From IMG/VR virus record IMGVR_UViG_3300046665_000434, positions 90,262 to 154,261 of that record: a stretch of 64,000 nucleotides of DNA; one strand, given 5' to 3'. Source of the DNA: a virus. Position numbers and translations under genes: made by a program. The notes beneath the pieces were generated by a model that saw only the letters and a list, made by a program, of their open reading frames with translations, did no database searches and was not told where the DNA came from. This document shows positions 46,128 to 56,296 of the stretch, in pieces. Position 1 is the first letter of the stretch. Each line of letters starts with the position of its first letter.

Positions 46128-49001
46128 ATGGAAACAACAAGTCCACGTGCGCAGCGTATCCAACAATTCAGGAATTTGAAGCCGGGAGATGAGCGTGTTC
46201 TCGGTCGTTTGGTAGCTGACCGCCAAGACCCTAACAAGGGTAAACTGAAACACCCTGATCTATCGGCCATCTCCAGTGTCGTTAAACGCACCCTGCGTGA
46301 AGCTACTGACCTGAGAAACATCTTCCAGGTCATGCCGGATCTAAATCTGGCACGAGATATTTTGGTCAGTGCTGTAGTAGCCCCTGGTGATCTGGCTACC
46401 ACGTCTCTGGTAATGTCTAACGGACTTCCAGGACAGGACACGCCTCTTACTGCACAGCTCACTGACTTGCTATACAACTTCCATGTCACAGAGCAGCAAA
46501 TCGAGAAGAAAGTATCAGGCTGGGTAGACGACGCATTGATTGCATCGGGCGCCCACCCTATCCTCATTCTTCCTGAAGCGTCTCTTGATCGGATGATCAC
46601 TGGCGTTGACTCTGCCAGTATGGAATCTGTCGCCAGCTTCGGCGGCGAGTGGGAAGGCAGCTGGTTCAAGTCAAAAGGCATCTTCGGAGTCAGTTTGCCG
46701 ACTGTCGATAAAATCCAGTATGCAAGCTTCGAGTCGACCAGGAATCGCCTCCGTAGCGCGGACATGGCGGAGTATCATACCATCAAGTTCGAGTGTAAAA
46801 CTGCAAAGAAGGTGGAGGATAAACGAGTCAGTCTTCCCTTCCGAGTGACCGACAACTTGGCTGCTCTGCGGATGCCTGCGGTACAAGGGATGAAGCGTGA
46901 ACGCTCCTTGTCTTCTGCTTACGGCTCGCCGTCGTTCGAGATGTTGAGTAAACGTCGCCGTACGGTAAATGAGCCACTGAACGACACGTTGGCTGATGGT
47001 GATGGGAAACGTAAGCCAGGTGCTAAGAAAGCCAAGTTGGCTGAAGCGTCAGGTAATATCTATTCCAAGTTCTTCAGATCGCCACAAGCTGTTAAACGTA
47101 GCCGTCTGGAAGTCGTTCCGTCGCTGCGTCAAGCCGGCGAAGATACTGTCGGCCACCCGTTGGTCTATCACCTCCCTGTCGAATCGGTCATGCCTATTTG
47201 CGTACCGGGTGATGAAACCAACCACGTCGGCTATATCGTACTGTTGGATGCTAACGGCTATCCGCTGTCGTATTCCAAACGCCTGGACTTCTACGACGAT
47301 CTGCGTCGCGGGTCTACCGGCGGTACTGATCAGGTGGGATCGTCAAGCCAAGTGGCTGGTGAGCTGCTGAACATGGCAAACGAGACGTTGGGTGGCGGTA
47401 TCACTAACGCCTCTAACAATGTCATCGATCGTCTGGCTCAGTTGCATGGTGAGTTCATCGACCATGATATCGTGTCTCGCATCAAGAGCGGTATCATGGG
47501 TGGTGAAGTCGAGATCAGTCACAGTCAGAACGTTGACCGTCTGCTCTTTGCTCGCACCATGAAGAACCAACAGACCACCATGCTGTACGTGCCTGCTGAG
47601 TTGATGGTCTACATGGCGTATGACTACAACGAATACGGCGTGGGTAAATCCATTCTGGAAGATGCCAAAGCTCTGGCGGCTATGCGTGCCAACCTGCTGG
47701 TAGCTTCTGTAATGGGCGCTACTCGTAACGCTATTCCTGGTAAAGACATCAACATCGAGCTGGATGATGAAGATGAAGATCCAGTGGCCGCGGTGACGTA
47801 TCTGGCGAACGAGGCGATCTCGCTTGCGTATCACCAGTTCCCTACGTCGGTGGTCAGTATTCAAGGTCTGGCTGAACAGCTCCAGATGTCGGGCTTCTCT
47901 GTTAACGTTACCGGTAACAGCAAGTATCCTGATGTCAAGACCACGATCACGCCAAAAGAAAGCTCTTACGTCCCGGTCGACAACGAACTGATGCAGAACC
48001 TGTACACTGCATTGATTCGGGTGTTCTCCCTGACGCCTGAGATGCTCGATGGGGCCAATTCTCCTGAGTTCGCCACTACCATCGTCCGTAACAGTTTGCT
48101 GCTCCTCAAACGCGTCATGGTGCTTCAGGGCATGACTAACCCGATGATCACGTCGTACGTGCGTACCTTTACGTATAACTCTGGTCCTCTGGTTGAGCAG
48201 ATGCTTGACATCATCGAGGAAAACGAGAAGTTCGTCCCTGAGGAATTCAAGGAAGAGCCGATCGAATACCTCAAGGCATTCATCAACGCGTTCATGGTTA
48301 AGCTTCCAGCTCCAGAGACTGATAGTCTCGAGAAGCAGATCGAGATGTACAAGGCGTATTCGGATGTTCTGGATACCGTACTGCCAGCTTTCATTAGCGA
48401 AGAGTACTTCCACGGTTACACCAACGACCTGGTTCGTGAAGCAGTGCCTACGATGGTTGCTTCGATCAAGGGTATCGAGTTGCGTCGTTGGATGCGTGAG
48501 AAGGGTCTGTTCCGTGAATTGGATATCTTCGTTAATACTGAAGAAGGTAGTCCAATGATGAACCTCACCAAAGAGATGCAGGCACACGTCAGCGCCGTGT
48601 TTGCAGCAAGCGGTGACTACATCAAGCTGGTAGCTGAGGATGCTTACAAGAAGCGTAAGGCTGATGAGCGTCTGAAGAAACTGGATCAGAAAGTGAAAGA
48701 TGCCATGGCTGGCACCGGTGCTGAAGATGACGCTGAACAAACTCCTGACTTCTCTGGCGATGTTCCTACAGTCCCTGGTGATGAAGCGGCTGGTAATGGC
48801 GATGACGAATTCATGGACGACTTCGACAACGATCCTGATAACACCAATGCTGGTAAAGATGACAAGCCCGAAGACGAACCAACTGAGGGTGAAAACAAAC
48901 CTGCTGAAACAGAATCTGAACCTAATGAAGGAAAAGGCGAAGGTGAAGAAGATGCGGGCGATAACACCGGATCGGATATAGGCGACCTGCCTAAGATCTA
49001 A
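46128..49001 (+). CDS. Portal protein (phiKZ gp129-like)
   Basis: 957 aa; PDLNLARDILVS, LYVPAELMVYMAYDYNEYGVGKSIL, LTPEMLD; acidic tail; S-x-E sites; synteny. Confidence 0.7.
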   Translation: METTSPRAQRIQQFRNLKPGDERVLGRLVADRQDPNKGKLKHPDLSAISSVVKRTLREATDLRNIFQVMPDLNLARDILVSAVVAPGDLATTSLVMSNGLPGQDTPLTAQLTDLLYNFHVTEQQIEKKVSGWVDDALIASGAHPILILPEASLDRMITGVDSASMESVASFGGEWEGSWFKSKGIFGVSLPTVDKIQYASFESTRNRLRSADMAEYHTIKFECKTAKKVEDKRVSLPFRVTDNLAALRMPAVQGMKRERSLSSAYGSPSFEMLSKRRRTVNEPLNDTLADGDGKRKPGAKKAKLAEASGNIYSKFFRSPQAVKRSRLEVVPSLRQAGEDTVGHPLVYHLPVESVMPICVPGDETNHVGYIVLLDANGYPLSYSKRLDFYDDLRRGSTGGTDQVGSSSQVAGELLNMANETLGGGITNASNNVIDRLAQLHGEFIDHDIVSRIKSGIMGGEVEISHSQNVDRLLFARTMKNQQTTMLYVPAELMVYMAYDYNEYGVGKSILEDAKALAAMRANLLVASVMGATRNAIPGKDINIELDDEDEDPVAAVTYLANEAISLAYHQFPTSVVSIQGLAEQLQMSGFSVNVTGNSKYPDVKTTITPKESSYVPVDNELMQNLYTALIRVFSLTPEMLDGANSPEFATTIVRNSLLLLKRVMVLQGMTNPMITSYVRTFTYNSGPLVEQMLDIIEENEKFVPEEFKEEPIEYLKAFINAFMVKLPAPETDSLEKQIEMYKAYSDVLDTVLPAFISEEYFHGYTNDLVREAVPTMVASIKGIELRRWMREKGLFRELDIFVNTEEGSPMMNLTKEMQAHVSAVFAASGDYIKLVAEDAYKKRKADERLKKLDQKVKDAMAGTGAEDDAEQTPDFSGDVPTVPGDEAAGNGDDEFMDDFDNDPDNTNAGKDDKPEDEPTEGENKPAETESEPNEGKGEGEEDAGDNTGSDIGDLPKI

Positions 49002-49010
49002 CTGAGTCTA

Positions 49011-49040
49011 GCAGACTGGTGGGTTTCCCCACCAGTCTGT
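49011..49040 (+). terminator. Hairpin terminator
   Basis: GCAGACTGGTGGG-TTTC-CCCACCAGTCTGT then CTATG. Confidence 0.75.
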
Positions 49041-49164
49041 CTATGCTGTAAATGTTTACAAACGCTATCTATGTTTTGATAAAAAGCCTTCCTCCTCTTC
49101 CCCTACCCTTCGGTAGTGTGGGTAAGGGCTTTATTTTGCATTAATTACTAAGTGAGTATATCTG

Positions 49165-49875
49165 ATGTCTGAGAGACCACCTATCACAGTAACCTTCAAA
49201 GGTATCACTGCGTCTATCTCACTACCTACGTTGCGTGAGGTCATGAATGGATACGGTGCCCGTATGAAGGATACCCACTTCACTAACATCGTCAAACTGG
49301 TAGAAGAGGAAGTGGGCCCTCTGGAAAAAGTCTACGATGCAGCTAGTTCATGGACGCCGGAGGATGAGATTAAGCCTGTCTGGCTGATGTTGGATAAACT
49401 GGTGGAACCTGTCACCTTAGAAACACCAATCAAACGCGTTCGTCCAATTGATCGAACCGTTAATGACGTACCCGGTGTTGAGTTTGTGCCTACCTACGCA
49501 TTGGCACTTGACGAACCTATCGAACTCAAGGAGGGTGGGCAGCAGTACTCTATTCGCGTCCATCTGGCTAGCCTTCCTTGGGACCAGACTCTGAATGAAA
49601 CTGTTACATTTCCCGAAGTCAATATTCAAGGATTTGTCCTGGCTGCGCCTGAGGGCGATACGATTGTTTGGGTCCCAGGTAAGATCAATTGGACCGACAA
49701 CGTTACGCGGCACTGCACCCTGGTCTGTCATGAACGTAACCTCATTCCTGGTCTTGAGGCCCTTAATGGCCAATTGGAAATCGATCGCGGATGGCTCGAG
49801 CTTAATATCTGGACAGTTGCTGATACAGTCCGTATCAAAGGCATCCTTCTGTCGGTGTGCTCTAAACAAGCGTAA
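49165..49875 (+). CDS. Hypothetical protein
   Basis: 236-aa ORF. Confidence 0.7.
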   Translation: MSERPPITVTFKGITASISLPTLREVMNGYGARMKDTHFTNIVKLVEEEVGPLEKVYDAASSWTPEDEIKPVWLMLDKLVEPVTLETPIKRVRPIDRTVNDVPGVEFVPTYALALDEPIELKEGGQQYSIRVHLASLPWDQTLNETVTFPEVNIQGFVLAAPEGDTIVWVPGKINWTDNVTRHCTLVCHERNLIPGLEALNGQLEIDRGWLELNIWTVADTVRIKGILLSVCSKQA

Positions 49876-49921
49876 GCTAAGTATTTACAGTCCCACATTA
49901 CCGACATGATTCCCCAAGCTA

Positions 49922-49942
49922 ACGGCGGGATAATCCCGCCGT
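49922..49942 (+). terminator. Hairpin (probable terminator)
   Basis: ACGGCGGGA-TAA-TCCCGCCGT then CTATG. Confidence 0.55.
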
Positions 49943-49984
49943 CTATGCTGCACCCTAAATAACCACCAAGAAGGAAGCCGTTGT

Positions 49985-51301
49985 ATGCCGTTGACATTCT
50001 TCGATTATACTAATCACGTAGAAATCCGCCAAGTCTACGAAGCCAACCGCCACGAAAAACTCGCGGCGTACGTCTACCGTGTTCGTCCGACCAAAGAAGG
50101 CCTGGACCTCATGAAGGACCGTAAACGTTTCTCCATGCCGAAGAAGATCTTCGGTAAGCACCACTTCTACCGTGATGAAATCATGGACGCCTACAATGGC
50201 AAAACAGGATCGACTGGCGTCATCCTGAACGGCCTGAAAGGCTCTGGCAAGTCCATGCTGGGAGAAGATCTCTGCAACGTCGCACTGAAGCAAGAGCTGC
50301 CAGTGCTGGTCATCGACCATGTCATCCCTGCCGAAGCGCTGCGTCAGATCCTGAAGATCATCGGTCCGTGTGTTGTATACATGGACGAGTTCGGCAAGAT
50401 CTACAGCGGCTCCGATCGCGAAGGCATGCTCACTCTGTTTAGCGATACCGACGTCAAGAAGGTATTGTTCATCGTCACTTCTAACAAGAAGGAAGAGCTG
50501 AACAAGTACATGCTGAACCGTCCAGGGCGTTTCCAGTTCTGCATCACTTATCGCGGTATTGACCGTGCTACCGTCCAGGAAATCTTGACTTATAACAAGA
50601 TCACTGGTGAGATGTACGAAGCCATGCTGGGTTATGTTTGCACTCACTCGCTCAGCTTCGACATGATCAACTACATCTGTCCACTCGCCAAGAAGTACAA
50701 ATCGGCGGCAGAGTTGATGAAGCGGATCGAGATTCTCAACGTACCGAAGCCGGTCTACCGTTATTACACCTTCAATGGTGTAATCCACAACGGCAAACCT
50801 TTCTACGGTACGGCTCGTCTGTTGCCAAACGAAAATGGCTTTGAGATGGAACTCACCGCCGAAGGTAACGACATGGAACTGGTCGGCAGCTACACCGTCG
50901 ACATGGCGAAAGCCAAGAAGGTAGGGATGTCAAACCCTAACGAAAAAGAGATTTCCTATCGCGTCAACCTCGATGAGAACTCGATAGTTCAGGTTACTAT
51001 CGATTGGCGGGCAACCATCGATACTGTCGTGATGGAGCATGTCTTCAAATCCCCGGAACGGCAAGCGGCTGAGAAAGCTGCGCATGAAGAAGCGAAACGT
51101 ATCGAGGCTGCGAAGAGAGCTGAACAATCGGCTGGTGCAGACTTGGCTACTCTCAATCCCGCCGCAGCAAAACTGCTGCGGAATGGTAGCATGGGTCTCG
51201 GCCTTGACTTCATGCCCGGTTATATCCACCATATCGAAGCCCTCGGTGACCGTGAACCGTCCAAGGGTTCGACCAATGCACTGGCCTCTGAAGGAGAGTA
51301 G
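49985..51301 (+). CDS. AAA+ ATPase
   Basis: GLKGSGKS, VYMDEFGK, VTSN, NRPGRF (second region of homology). Confidence 0.85.
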   Translation: MPLTFFDYTNHVEIRQVYEANRHEKLAAYVYRVRPTKEGLDLMKDRKRFSMPKKIFGKHHFYRDEIMDAYNGKTGSTGVILNGLKGSGKSMLGEDLCNVALKQELPVLVIDHVIPAEALRQILKIIGPCVVYMDEFGKIYSGSDREGMLTLFSDTDVKKVLFIVTSNKKEELNKYMLNRPGRFQFCITYRGIDRATVQEILTYNKITGEMYEAMLGYVCTHSLSFDMINYICPLAKKYKSAAELMKRIEILNVPKPVYRYYTFNGVIHNGKPFYGTARLLPNENGFEMELTAEGNDMELVGSYTVDMAKAKKVGMSNPNEKEISYRVNLDENSIVQVTIDWRATIDTVVMEHVFKSPERQAAEKAAHEEAKRIEAAKRAEQSAGADLATLNPAAAKLLRNGSMGLGLDFMPGYIHHIEALGDREPSKGSTNALASEGE

Positions 51302-51306
51302 TCTTA

Positions 51307-51894
51307 ATGAATAGTGGCATTGCTAAACTCGTAACACTCGGCGTCACCTTCATTGGCGGCACCGCACTCGGGATCGGCCTGAAGTATGCTCACGAAGTAT
51401 CATCCACTCCGCCTGCAACTTCTGATCGTCACCACCCCATCAACCTGCACAACGGCCTGTACTGTCTCGAGTATGGTATCGTACCCAGCCAGTATCACAA
51501 CCGTTTCATGCCTGCGTTCAAGTATCTCTCACAGTACCGCTTGAACAACGGCGTTCTGACCACCGATAACGCGCTTCTGAGCCCGTTGTGGTGCCTGAGT
51601 AATAGCGACGTAGCGATTCTGCTAGCGGCCGCTCTGGCAAGCCAGCACGCCTTCCTGGACTACGGTGAGTTGTTCAGCGAAATGGTGCTCAAGTGGAACT
51701 CGGCGCAGATGCGTTTCGTTTCGATGAGCGACCTGATGGATAACGTCATTGACTCCGGCGAAGTCCGTTACACCAAAGAAAGCTACGAGATGGCAGCGAC
51801 GGATGTTCTGAAAGCCGTAACCGGTAATCAAGAATTCCGTATCTCTCGTTTCATTCGTGATCAAGCGGCTATCCTCGAGAAGCTGCTGGGTTGA
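51307..51894 (+). CDS. N-terminally membrane-anchored hypothetical protein
   Basis: AGGAG SD; hydrophobic N-terminus. Confidence 0.7.
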   Translation: MNSGIAKLVTLGVTFIGGTALGIGLKYAHEVSSTPPATSDRHHPINLHNGLYCLEYGIVPSQYHNRFMPAFKYLSQYRLNNGVLTTDNALLSPLWCLSNSDVAILLAAALASQHAFLDYGELFSEMVLKWNSAQMRFVSMSDLMDNVIDSGEVRYTKESYEMAATDVLKAVTGNQEFRISRFIRDQAAILEKLLG

Positions 51895-51949
51895 TGCGGC
51901 ATACAGCTGGGGCGTGAGCCCCAGCTGTAGCTTCTTCTTTTTTTTGTCT
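51895..51949. terminator. Bidirectional terminator; exact 55-bp copy at 28379-28433
   Basis: Identical sequence; lies between convergent genes. Confidence 0.85.
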
Positions 51950-52625
51950 AGGCGGCCTTGGTGTTGCCGTTCAGGAAGCCTTTGACATATTTGTTGTTGA
52001 CTTTGTGCAGACACTCGATGCGCAGGATCTGACCATCTTTGTTGAGGTCAAGGCCGCTGTTTGGCTCGAATGGTGCATCACCGGTTTTCCACATGACGTA
52101 GGAATCTGGCTTGCCGATACCGGCGGGCCAGATGATGGCCATGTAGATGTCACCCAGGTTGTTCAACTTACCCTTGTAGGGTTTGAAGTACTTCTCGACA
52201 TAATCGAGTTGTTGAACAACTGTCATCGCAGCCAGTGCTTCAACGGTAGTACCGAGACCGGTAGCCGTAGCCTTCATGAACTGGATCAAACCAGTTGCTG
52301 TCGACACCGGCGACTTCGTAGCTGGACTGAACTGCTCACCAGTCTCCCACGCCATGCAGGCCATGAAGTCATGGATAGTGATCGGCGCCATGCCGAGGTT
52401 CTTGATCATCTGCACCAGACGATCGATTTCAGAAGTACCGAACTTCACGCCCCAGCAGATCTTGGTCACGCCATACTTGTGGCTTTGATCAACAGTGCTG
52501 TTTTTCAGGGCATCGAGTGCATCCTGAGAGTTCTTGCCCCATTTACCATCGATGGTGCCTGGATTGAAACCCAGAGTCATCAGATAGGTTTGGGTTTGGA
52601 TAATGGTTGGATCACCAGTACTCAT
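51948..52625 (-). CDS. Modular endolysin: peptidoglycan-binding domain + lytic transglycosylase
   Basis: QTYLMTLGFNPGTIDGKWGKNS (PG_binding_1); CMAWETG..F, ATGLIQFM (SLT-like, catalytic Glu). Confidence 0.85.
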   Translation of the reverse strand: MSTGDPTIIQTQTYLMTLGFNPGTIDGKWGKNSQDALDALKNSTVDQSHKYGVTKICWGVKFGTSEIDRLVQMIKNLGMAPITIHDFMACMAWETGEQFSPATKSPVSTATGLIQFMKATATGLGTTVEALAAMTVVQQLDYVEKYFKPYKGKLNNLGDIYMAIIWPAGIGKPDSYVMWKTGDAPFEPNSGLDLNKDGQILRIECLHKVNNKYVKGFLNGNTKAA

Positions 52626-53276
52626 TTAGCTCACCGTAGGTTGTTGCGGCGGTTGACGTTTAGCACGGATGTCAGACAAGGCCGCCAATACAGGATCGAA
52701 TGGTTCGTCGACCAAGAACAGCGTGTTCTCGTAATCTTGGCCATTCTGATTGGCAGTGTACTCGACCTTTACGTACCCCCGTACCACGGGCATACCATCC
52801 GGGGTAGGCTCGTAGCTAACAGTCATCTTGACGGTCTGAAGACCTTGCTTCTCAGCAAAGGGACCGATGAATGCTGTAGAGAACACATCCAGTGCCGCTT
52901 TCTCTTCATCGGTCAGCAGAGCGCCGCCTTTGGAGTAGTGGGTACTCCAGATATCCCGAGCGTAGAACTCAGCCAGGATAGGAGCCAGGATAGGGCCACG
53001 GGTAACGCAGTCCATCGTTTCCAACTCGGTAGTTGGTGACTTGATGATCACGCCAGCGAGATATTCTTGCGCAGTCTTGGGCAATGCTGTGTAGCCCATC
53101 AGCTGGAACTGCATGATACCTGGAGACGGTGCTGGGCCCTTTACAGTCCATACGGCGTTATACAGTCGAGCGTAGGGATATGCATCCAGGTCAGTGCGGA
53201 AGAGTCCACGGTCAATACCAGGATAGTCGTTGAACGGATTAGCGTTAGTAGGGACCGGTGGTTGGGGATGTGGCAT
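52626..53276 (-). CDS. Hypothetical protein directly upstream of the endolysin
   Basis: Start reassigned to MPHPQPP (53276); stop abuts the endolysin start. Confidence 0.65.
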   Translation of the reverse strand: MPHPQPPVPTNANPFNDYPGIDRGLFRTDLDAYPYARLYNAVWTVKGPAPSPGIMQFQLMGYTALPKTAQEYLAGVIIKSPTTELETMDCVTRGPILAPILAEFYARDIWSTHYSKGGALLTDEEKAALDVFSTAFIGPFAEKQGLQTVKMTVSYEPTPDGMPVVRGYVKVEYTANQNGQDYENTLFLVDEPFDPVLAALSDIRAKRQPPQQPTVS

Positions 53277-53345
53277 AAAAAGTCTCTCTAAATTGATATG
53301 ACTGAAAGCCGATATGGCGCGACCATAATAGTTGGGGTTCTTTAC

Positions 53346-54452
53346 ATGATTACGCAAGAAAAACTCGACGGTATCACATCGGCGATCGGACGATACACTA
53401 CTGCGATACAAGCACTTGCTGCTCTTTCCGCAAGTACCGACGTCACTTACTCTATTGCGTTGTCGGCAGAAGACCTAAAAGTAAGTATGGGTCTTGGCGA
53501 GAACATGCAACAGGTCATGGGCACTTATGACCGATTCGTCATGGGGAGTGATCGCAAGCTCAATACCGTCACCCCTAAGATCTACGAACGGTGGGCAGCT
53601 CAACTCCCTCCATTCAACCTCCTCAGAAGTTTGGGCGTAGGGTATGTGAACGGCGATAACATCGGTCAGGCGCCAGAAAACATTGGCCCAACGGCTGGTA
53701 AATTCGGCCGGGGGCTTGTCTCTAAAGAAAACTCTCTGGTGGGTAACGATACCGATTTCCAAATCGAAGTTACCATGACAGGTCCGTCGATTCGTAATGT
53801 CACTGGCCCCGATCAGAACTACTCTCTTGGTGCGATGGGCGTCGTCATCGGATACGTCACGAACAGTGATGGGACTATCGATTATCTGTCGGTTGTTCGT
53901 AACACGGGAGACTGGGGTAGTCATCCTCGATTCGGGCTTTATCTGAACCTGATCGATTTTGATACTCCAAACATCCCGTTGGTAGGCACCAGCGCCGGCC
54001 TTACTGAACTGGATTGGAATACCGACCCGGTTAAGTTGCGCGTTACTCTTAGCGGAAGTACGCTGACTCTGGAGACTACATTGCCAGGCTCCACTACCTA
54101 CGTGGCCGCAGCTAAACTCACGTACGCCTACACCGCCGATACCACTCTTCAGAAGATCAAGAACAGCCGCCGGTTCGGTTATACGGTAATTGGCGACTAC
54201 CGCGGCAACGGCAACGACCAGTCTGTGGTAGACCAGCTGTACACTTGGAACACATCGATCCTCAGGACCACGACCAAGCCCATCATGGATCTTGTGAACA
54301 ACGTGGTCTACAAGTTCGTGAACAATGCATGGGCTGTAGAGTCCGGAACAACTCCTGCGACTTACCTGAAACCGGGTAAGCAGTACATGTCGGTAGGTAC
54401 GCGGAAATTGGTATATATCGACAAGAACCTTGCCGGTACATGGTTGCGCTAA
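53346..54452 (+). CDS. Putative tail/virion protein (beta-rich, lectin-like)
   Basis: Thr/Gly-rich beta pattern; start uncertain (53298 or 53346). Confidence 0.6.
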   Translation: MITQEKLDGITSAIGRYTTAIQALAALSASTDVTYSIALSAEDLKVSMGLGENMQQVMGTYDRFVMGSDRKLNTVTPKIYERWAAQLPPFNLLRSLGVGYVNGDNIGQAPENIGPTAGKFGRGLVSKENSLVGNDTDFQIEVTMTGPSIRNVTGPDQNYSLGAMGVVIGYVTNSDGTIDYLSVVRNTGDWGSHPRFGLYLNLIDFDTPNIPLVGTSAGLTELDWNTDPVKLRVTLSGSTLTLETTLPGSTTYVAAAKLTYAYTADTTLQKIKNSRRFGYTVIGDYRGNGNDQSVVDQLYTWNTSILRTTTKPIMDLVNNVVYKFVNNAWAVESGTTPATYLKPGKQYMSVGTRKLVYIDKNLAGTWLR

Positions 54453-54455
54453 CAG

Positions 54456-54485
54456 CATACAGCGGGGCGCAAGCCCCGCTGTATG
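54456..54485. terminator. Bidirectional CATA..TATG hairpin terminator
   Basis: CATACAGCGGGGC-GCAA-GCCCCGCTGTATG. Confidence 0.85.
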
Positions 54486-55682
54486 TCATGTGTCGCTGTC
54501 GTCGTGCGACAAGAACGCAAAGATATCAGCAAACAAACCCGCAGTAATCGGATTACCATCCCATGCCAAACTAGGTACACTGACCACTTGATCGGTGAAC
54601 CATTGTGCTTGGCTGATTGGGGTTACGGTGTTATTCGCACCATGCCACAACTTTGTTGGATAGTAAGGCAAGATCGGCGTTGCTTGATCCTTGAGGTCCT
54701 GAGTAGTACCGCCCAGATAGTTAGTCAAGGACTGCGTCAACGAAGCAGCGTAGAGACCGGATGGATTATAGAACCCGTTAATCCCTACAAATTTAGTAGC
54801 GACCCAGAGCTTCTCTTCAACGGTCATAGCCATGGCAGCCAAATGTGCACCAACGCCAATACCGATGATCCAAACGTCAGCGTACATAGACCGAAGCTTC
54901 TTCAACTGTTTACATAGCTCTACGTGAGCAGTGGTCAGTTTAGGTGCTCCGACCGTAGACTCGGGATATCGAAGTCTGTACGTATGCACATTTTCACGAG
55001 CAAACGCCATCTCAATCCCAGTTTTGGCTGGGACCACTTCGTTAAAGCCAGGCTGAACACCCCAATCAGATCCGTAAATGATCGCGACACAGCGGTTACT
55101 TAATTCGCCGGTGATGATAAATCCAGGGAGCCTTGCACTGTACGGTCGCGTCTCCACACCGTCACTACTATTCAGAGTAAACGAGTGAGAGTGGTCTCCC
55201 CCGTATCCAGAATAAAACGTAGCAGTACCGTAAGTTCCTCGAAGATCCATTGCATCAGGATCGTCATCAGGTCCAGGACTGTGGTACGAGTGGTCGAAGT
55301 GGAACTGACTGCCGTAGTTAGGTACGTTTGTCAGAGGGTGATCCGGCTGACCAGCAGGGTCCCCAGATACAGAGTGGGTATGGTCAGACGTTCTGTCCTC
55401 AGTCAAGGCGCCCGGCAGTGATCCGTCATCCCGTGGTTTCAAGAACCTACCGGCCGGGCTTGGGAGCCTGAAACTATCACCTTCTGTGCCATTCCCTGCT
55501 TTCGAGCCAGAAGTGTAAAGATGGCCGAGTTTGTCGAACAGTGTTGGGAATGTAGCAATTTTCACTAACGACCCATCGACCGGTAACCGTCCAGGAGGGA
55601 CTGTGTCAGTCAATGCTTCAACGTAAACGCCAGCATAATCTTTAATTTGACGGTCTGGCGTGAATTTAATCACAGGAATCAT
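54486..55682 (-). CDS. Tail-collar fibre protein fused to a degenerate alpha/beta-hydrolase domain
   Basis: PPGRLPVDG..FPTLF..LG..FRLP, HxH repeats, ETRP; then IIYGSDW, WIIGIGVGAHLA, LWHGANNTVTP. Confidence 0.75.
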   Translation of the reverse strand: MIPVIKFTPDRQIKDYAGVYVEALTDTVPPGRLPVDGSLVKIATFPTLFDKLGHLYTSGSKAGNGTEGDSFRLPSPAGRFLKPRDDGSLPGALTEDRTSDHTHSVSGDPAGQPDHPLTNVPNYGSQFHFDHSYHSPGPDDDPDAMDLRGTYGTATFYSGYGGDHSHSFTLNSSDGVETRPYSARLPGFIITGELSNRCVAIIYGSDWGVQPGFNEVVPAKTGIEMAFARENVHTYRLRYPESTVGAPKLTTAHVELCKQLKKLRSMYADVWIIGIGVGAHLAAMAMTVEEKLWVATKFVGINGFYNPSGLYAASLTQSLTNYLGGTTQDLKDQATPILPYYPTKLWHGANNTVTPISQAQWFTDQVVSVPSLAWDGNPITAGLFADIFAFLSHDDSDT

Positions 55683-55685
55683 AAT

Positions 55686-56285
55686 TCACCCCAAATGGAT
55701 ACAAAGAATAGCGCCGTAGCCTTTAGGCTCTACGTTGGGTGAGGAATGTGCGCCATCAAGAATCATTCCACCACTCACGCCGCCCGAGTGGTCATGTGCG
55801 CCGTGTCCTGCACTACCCGGAAATTGCCCCCAATCGGCTGGATACATACCCCCACCGCCCGCGTGGGCGTTCTTGATACCGCCAGCGAACCGTCCACCTG
55901 AGGAAGGCGCATGCGTGTGCGCACCATCAGACGACGATGATCCCGTATGTGTGTGTGCCTGCAACGCACTACTCACTTCTTGCAATACCGATTTACCGAT
56001 ATTGCGCCCATTGGAGTTATTTGGGTTCCAAGGCCTAGGGTATAACGACAACGCACTTGCGTTGATCTGGTTCCACGCCGGCAGTTTGAAATGCAGGACG
56101 TCATCAATAGTCGTCTGACCGTATTTGAACCCCAAAATATTGAGCAGCTCAGGGTTATCCAAAGCCGGGACATAGCCGCCGCTCAATGGCATCCAGGGCT
56201 TGGTCACCTGAGGATACGACAGATATCGAATCGTACCTACCATACTGATCGTCGGCTTAACGACCGGGACGATGAGAGAGATCAT
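55686..56285 (-). CDS. Tail-collar domain fibre protein
   Basis: VGTI..WMPLSG..PELLNILG..FKLP; HTH/HAH/HDH motifs. Confidence 0.8.
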   Translation of the reverse strand: MISLIVPVVKPTISMVGTIRYLSYPQVTKPWMPLSGGYVPALDNPELLNILGFKYGQTTIDDVLHFKLPAWNQINASALSLYPRPWNPNNSNGRNIGKSVLQEVSSALQAHTHTGSSSSDGAHTHAPSSGGRFAGGIKNAHAGGGGMYPADWGQFPGSAGHGAHDHSGGVSGGMILDGAHSSPNVEPKGYGAILCIHLG

Positions 56286-56296
56286 TCTTCTTCACC

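Noticed and set aside
47343-48740. 465-aa antisense ORF in the portal gene (likewise 1669..2766, 28962..30056, 52005..53039 and others)
   Set aside because: Shadows of well-supported genes on the opposite strand
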